Shown here piece by piece: positions 25,701-32,000 of a stretch of DNA of 32,000 bases (its first letter is position 1; each line of letters begins with the position of its first letter). The notes beneath the pieces are model-generated. The model had not been told where the DNA came from. It saw nothing but the letters and a program-made list of their open reading frames with translations, and searched no databases. A program made the translations under genes and the position numbers. Origin of the DNA: Zygophlyctis sp. KS116 (taxonomy: Eukaryota; Fungi; Chytridiomycota); contig BAAFSQ010000040.1 of NCBI GenBank assembly GCA_054661495.1, positions 1-32,000 of the forward strand. The letters run 5' to 3'.

Positions 25701-28700
25701 CCAAGAATTTCCAAAAGATCATCATTTGAAATAAAGTAAAACCGGGGAAAAGCTTGTCGTTTCGTTTCTAGATACATATCTAGAGATTTTTGGATTTTTT
25801 CAAGTTTTGTATTCATTTCATTTAAATCTTCCAAAATGTTAGGAACTTGTATAGCCTTAAGTACTAGTCTATCAGCTCGCATTTTCTGAAGAATCGACTT
25901 CCATTTTTTGTTAATGGCATCAAAAGTTGTCGATTCTTTTGGAAGTTGTTTTCGGATATCTTCTGTTCCTACAAAAATATTTTCTAAATACATCCATTGT
26001 CGCTGAACTTGGAGTAAAGTTTCTATTATTTCTACAACCCGAAAGAGTGTCATTTCCCAGTAATCGACTTCCTTTTTAAATGCCAAAAAGAACTTAGAAG
26101 CCTTCATTGAAGATAGAGTGACCTGATTATCTTCAAGTAATTCAAATATTCCATCTGTAGTCTTTATGCGATAATAACCTTTTTCCTCTTTGTAAGCTCC
26201 TATATCCAATTCCAGTACTGCCCATGCCTGGCTTATAGTCTTAAGTCCTTCCTCGATAGAAAGTTCCTTTGATGCAGCGCCTGAAAGATTGGAAATTAAT
26301 TCGGAATATTGATCTAGACCCAAACTTATGATCTTTTCTAATGAAAATTCGGAACTTTCAGGATCGAAGGGCTTTCCTACTTCATCAATAAGTTGTCTCC
26401 AATGACGAGCACGAAGAGCAGGATTTTTCAAATCTTGAAGTAGCGGTAACGTCCTTTTGGTCTGATTAATACGATCTCGTGTAACCTATTATTATTCTTA
26501 TTATCTTATTCTTACAGTGAAAACGTTCCAGCTTTTTATATCTTTTCCTAATTTGTTGACTTTTTTTGAAAACTTCTGCACTATTTCCTCAATTTCTGCT
26601 GAATCAAGAGCTAGAAATGCCTTTGTTCTCCAAGTATTATAGACTTCATCCCACTCTTGACAAAGAGACCAACTCTGATGGAGCAGATCCAAATCTGAAA
26701 CAAGTTCTTCGAATTAGAAATCATTTGAAAAATATATACCTTCAATATCTTTTGAAGGAGAATGGTCCATTTTGAACACAGTAAGACCGCGCTGAATATT
26801 GCGCTCATTGTTTGCAAACGTGGCGATTGAATTTCTGTAATCATTGATTAATTTAAAGGACTTTTCCAAACCAAAAGAAATATTAAATGGACCTTTTGAA
26901 AGAAAATCTTCTTTCAAAACTACTGCAGATCTAGAAAACTCGTCCACAGAAGACAAAAGCTCTGCCTTGAACTTTGATTTAGTGTCGTGAAGATATTTTT
27001 CGGAATCTTGAAGAGTTTTCTGGAAGTTAGCCCAAGCCTGCGGAAGATCTTCTAACTTTTGTTTCTCTTCGGGTTTAACAGCTACCTCGTACTTTTCTAA
27101 GATGGCATACTGCTCGTGAATCGGTTGAAATTGTGCCTCAATATTGGCGAGATCCCCCTGAGTTTGGTTAAGAATATTGAGACATTCAGAAAGCTGCTCC
27201 AAATCTACTGGTGGGGTGGTTAATTTATCAGTTTTCCTATCAAACATTTCAAACAAGCTATTTAATTCCGACCATGCGTTTCTATTCAAAAGTGTCTAAT
27301 TATAAAATTCTTCAAATTTACCGTTAACTTATTTTGCCAGGCATGGCAATGGGCCATCAGACTATGTTTGAGAAGACTACAATCAAGCCGAACAAAACTG
27401 ACATTTGTGAAAGTCTCTTCTTTTTGAGTATTATTAGCAACTTCGCTGTATCTGCTAATATCCGCATCAAAAGTAGATAATGCTGGTTTCAATTTTGCAT
27501 ATCTGCGGATAAAAGCATCCTTGTTAATTTCCCAGATCTCACGGTATGCATCCCATGTACGAAGATAGGCTTGACACCTTGCTGCATTTGCTGACATCCC
27601 ATTTTGAATATTGACAAATATCTTTAAAACGTCTTCTTCATTAGCAATAATATCAAACATCTTGGAAGTTTTTTTAGAACTATCTGGAGCCAAGACTTCT
27701 GATAATCGCGGTACGACTGCAATGGTGTTAATCATTTCACGAGCGATTTCATTGACGGTTTCCTCTAATTTGGGTAAATTAGGGCTAAAGTCAACTTTCT
27801 GCATTTCCAGCACAACGTTAACTTTAAAAATGGGATAAATTTCCATGCCAGATTCCCGATTTTTTCCACCCTCCCCATTAATGGACTTCGATATTTCCAA
27901 AATAGATTTCTTAAACGTGGTACGTAAGGCTTCTTCAATCATTCCATCTACTTTTTCTATAAATAGCAGCCATTGTAAATAAATATCCTTGCCATCGTTT
28001 TTAAAACTTTCGAAAGTTGATTCTAGTATTGATTTGGCATCTTCGTGGGCTTGAATGAGTTTAACTTTAACAGAACTTCTACATGCTTGTTGCGCTTGTG
28101 TAAATTCTTCTAAATCATAGATACGTTTTGATTCAATATTCCAAAGGGGAGTCTGTGATATGGAACTGCAAATTTTGGCAATTTTTTCCTTCACCAATAT
28201 GAAATCCGCAACAATTTTCTGCACTTCATGAGAATGTCTTCTGCATTCTTTTACAAAAAAATCTGTGATCCCTTTAGATGTCCAGGTCAGATTCGTCAAA
28301 CCCTACAGTTAATTAATAGCGTATTACCGGCTTTATCTTTTTATCCAAATATCGGATTCTCTCTTTGAATAAAAGATGCTCCTCCTTAGTCAATGTATTG
28401 ACAATGTTGTTATAATCTCGAACTACTAGCTGAACATTTTCTCTTAATGTTCTCAGTTCCTCTTTCTTAGAATATATTTCTTGGACATGAAACGGGATAT
28501 CTGCCTTTAGCTTCTGAAATAATGAGATTTCCGCAAAAAGTCTTAAAATATCTTTATCAAATTTGATTTCCAGCAATTCCCCGTGAAAATTCATAAGAGT
28601 GCCATTAAGCTTGTTATCTAATGTAGGCGGAATAGTAGCTACCCAATCAGCATGAGTTTTCGACGTATACTCTTCAAGAGAAGATATCAGGGATTCTGAA

Positions 28701-30889
28701 AGTATTTTGGCCTCATCGGCCAAACTTGTTCTTTGCAAATAATAAGTGGAATTCAAAAGACTGACAGAGTTCTGCACTCTTCTGTGCATTGACCGAGCCC
28801 AGAATGCAGATCCAGCGAAATCTGGGTGTGAGCGTAAAATCTCTGGTGTTTTTCGATGCAACTCGAAATCAGCCTTGATTCCGTTTAACTCAAAAATAAA
28901 CATTGAATAAACCTAAATTGAGCCGCAAGAATATATATACATCAGATGTTTTCTTTTCAACTGATCGTTTAATAGCCTCCCGCTTTGCTAAGCTATGAAA
29001 TATATCGAGTAATTCCACTCCACTTTCGACAGTAGTCGCACTTTCTAAAAGGTAAAATTACTAGAACATACCAAATGCGGAAAATATTAAATTCTGCATC
29101 ATAACCTCTAAATCCTTTACACCCTGTTTAAAAGAATTGTAATCATCGTGCCATCTAGTTGCTTTAACATCCAAAATAAACGATCTAATATTCCATAAAG
29201 ATGCTATAAGCTTATTAAAAGAAATTTCAATATCTTCAAGACTATGATTAGCACAGAAAAAATACCCTTTCGCTATTTCTATTCCTTTTGAACCTCCAAA
29301 TATTGGTATATCCAGCTTCTTTCCACCAGGTATAATTCGAGCGAATTGAATTTGCCCTTCACAAACCTCGATTAGATCCCGACACCGCTGAACAAAAGCA
29401 TCAATCTGCGCAAAGATGCTTGATTGATCAAAATCCCAGGATTTTTTTGTGAATCGAAATATATGATCACTGGTTTTTTTGTAGATTGCTTTCCATGATT
29501 CACCACAGTTTATACTCTCCTGAAGTACAACTATACTTACATGAACGTCCCCGTGGAATACATCTTCAAGAGAAATTTTTGCGCAGCATCTTTTAATAAT
29601 TTCATGGCTTACTTTTCTCAAAAGACTGGTAATTCTCTCTTTGGTGTTATAATGCTTTGAGTTGGCCCATATCAATCTAACATACATTAGAAAATCAGGT
29701 AAAATCGAAGGTATTGTTTGAGGATCGGCTTCGCTAAGGGCCTTGCAAGAATCAGTTAAAGTCGACAAAAATCTTAAATTGTCTTGCGCCTGTGCAGTTC
29801 CCTCTATATATTAAAAATAATATACGAAACCATTAATGAGATTGGACAGCCTATTAAACTGATCCAAATAAGAAGATTTTGCCAATTCCAAAACTTTGAC
29901 GATTCGTACAACCTCCTCCCTATTTATTTGATGACTAATCCCTGATAAATCGTCGCATCTCCTTCTCCAAAATTCGATTTCCTCTAATGGACCAGAGCTT
30001 TCGATAGATTCTGTATTATGCTGAGAATTAATAACTTCCTTGATTTGGCGAGTCCAATGAACCAACAGACTTTCTAGTCTTTGAACAATATCTTTAGTCT
30101 TTGCCACCGCCTCAATATTAGTAAGATCTTCATTGGGAACATATAAAACAGTATGTCCCGAAAGCTGATGAGTTGTATCAGTCAAAAGAGCCATAAATCT
30201 ATGCAGTTGCAAGTTAAAATCTTTTTTCAGACTTTCTGGCCAGTTCTTATTAGTGGCAAACAATGGAAGATAAACATTCTCCATTAATCTTAGCAAGCTA
30301 GACATTGCATCGCCAGTTAAAGCTCCATATCTTATGACTTCCTCAAAGTTTATTTCTGTTATTTGATCTTTGGACTGTTTGATAAAGTAGAAAATCTCGG
30401 ACGCGTTTGAAGGTATTCCATTTTGTAGAACCAACAAATCATTTCCGACATAGCCAATCAGCTTAGTCATATCAGAACTAGTCAAAAATTCAAATACGGT
30501 GTCCTCATGAGACTCTGTCCACATCTTATCATTATAATCAGTAAGCGACAAAACTTGTTTAAATCTTGAAATAACTCGTGTCAGCGTTTGTTTATCCAAT
30601 GCATTATTGCGTGGCTGAGCCTCCATATCCAAGGCTTCGTCAGTTATCTGTGTATGCTCTGAAGCAATTGACATCGCAGACATTTGATTTAAAACGCGTA
30701 TGGTTAGGTCAAAGTTCTTCAATAAATTTCTTTGAGTCTTTTGTTGATCTTGTCCGAATAATTTCAATCTTTTATAATTGCCATTTCGTCCTGCAAATAA
30801 TTCTATAATTTAAATGATTTGCAATTAAAAGTCTTTTTTCTACTTTTAGGAGTTGTTTGAGCAGGAGGCGTTTTGTTGACGTCCGCCAT
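16795..30889 (-). CDS. DNAH2: Axonemal inner-arm dynein heavy chain I1-beta (DNAH2-like), full length, ~19 introns
   Basis: N-terminal DHC_N1 region (LVHWTRQIKEVI, GPLEEIEFW), AAA1 LHLFRGGSPQGPAGTGKTETVKDLGK (DNAH2-type), AAA2 GE|SGSGKT, AAA3 GDVGTGKT, AAA4 GVGGSGRQS, stalk, and C-terminal CPLYYYP...GTAVLASLG*. Exon 1 (ATG 30889, or in-frame ATG 30898) is spliced via intron 30803-30843. Confidence 0.92.
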
Positions 30890-30908
30890 TGTTTGCATTT
30901 AAACCCAA

Positions 30909-32000
30909 ATGGATAGATTCGATATACTGGATATTATAAAAGTACTAGATACAGTGGGATCAAAAAGGAGATTCTCAAATTTAAATTTAGAAGGTTTTCT
31001 TGTCAATCTAATAGTAGATTTACTGGTTGTCTGGAAGGAAATAACTAGCTATGTAGAAGAACAGTTGCTTCAAAACAGATCAATAAGTGTGCCACAATTA
31101 GGAACATTTTACATCTTAAAAGGGACTACAACGACCACTAATTTCATCCCATATCATGCTTGGGAGAAGATTCCTGGTTATAAAATTGAAAAGACAACAC
31201 AACAAGGCTCAATATCTGCTCAAATTCTTAGATTTACCGCAATAGCAGTTAGATGCAAGATATCGAGAGATGATATTGAAACTGGTTTGAAGGATATTAT
31301 ATATGCACTTACAAAAATTCTAAAAAGGGGATCTGTTGCCATTCTAACGATTGGAAATATTGGCAAACTTCATTTCCAAAACAATGCAATTAAAATGAGA
31401 TACTCAAACTCATTTTTAAAGTTTATAAGTGTTCTTAAGCCTACAGTTGATCAAGTTCCTCTGCAAAAGTAAATACTTGCTATGTTCTAAAAATTAGGGA
31501 GGTAGAGATTAAAGAATCACCCAATGAGGACTTTAAAAAAATAGTATCTAAAAAGGCACATGAAAAGCTACCCATTCTTGCAGCTCCGAGAGTACCAAAA
31601 CCTGTAATAAAAGAGGAAGCACCAAAAATTGAAGATATTGAAGAAATTCCCCAAGTAAATATCGAGAAGAGCCAAGAATCTGATCAAAAAGCACTTGAAA
31701 AATTACCAGTTATAGAAAAGGAAGTCAAAAAGGGATTTGAAATGGAACAAATTGCTCCGGACCCAGAACCCCAACTAGAAGCCCAAAAGAAGAATGAAAG
31801 TCTTGAAGAGCTTCAAAGGCTGGTAGAAAACACATTGGGGATGGGACATACTCATACTCATCATTATTCCGGAGATAGACAATGGAATGATGAGAAATGT
31901 CCCATTTGCAGAGTAAACGCCCAAAAAGCAGTTTTTGAAACAAAGGAACAGACAATTAAAAAGGAGAAGTTGAATGATAAGGCAATAATGACTTTAGCTT
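30909..32000 (+). CDS. CCDC81: CCDC81-like centrosomal protein with tandem HU-like domains (3'-partial)
   Basis: VWKEITSYVEEQLLQNRSISVPQLGTF and LRFTAIAVRCKISRDDIETGLKDII...LTIGNIGKLHFQNNAIKMRYSNSFL match the two HU-CCDC81 domains. Introns 30994-31017 (probable) and 31469-31497; the frame stays open to the window end. Confidence 0.75.

Noticed and set aside
16795-30889. Fragmented dynein ORFs as a pseudogene, frameshifting or alternative genetic code
   Set aside because: Every break examined is explained by a short GT-AG intron that restores frame and conserved motifs. TAA, TAG and TGA all act as normal stops.

Overview
Eukaryotic, AT-rich, very gene-dense genomic DNA, most likely from a zoosporic fungus (chytrid-like). 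This is inferred from a fungal velvet regulator, GUP1 and Dfp1/Dbf4 occurring together with flagellar/centriolar genes and a Crinkler-type gene. The ORF track is fragmented because genes carry many ultra-short GT-AG introns, mostly 23-33 nt. Eleven genes reassemble in this order: CEP76 (5'-partial, +), NRDE2 (+), Rab6/Ypt6 (+), velvet protein (+), CTDSPL2-like phosphatase (+), GUP1-like MBOAT (-), glycine decarboxylase P (-), Crinkler-like header+NTPase+degenerate REase (-), Dbf4 (+), inner-arm dynein heavy chain DNAH2 (-) and CCDC81 (3'-partial, +). The most unusual features are architectural: an ATGA stop/start overlap between CEP76 and NRDE2, 19-66 bp spacers, dynein/CCDC81 start codons only 10-19 bp apart, and ~25-nt introns often lacking a polypyrimidine tract. 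All family calls come from motif recognition by eye; no searches were run.
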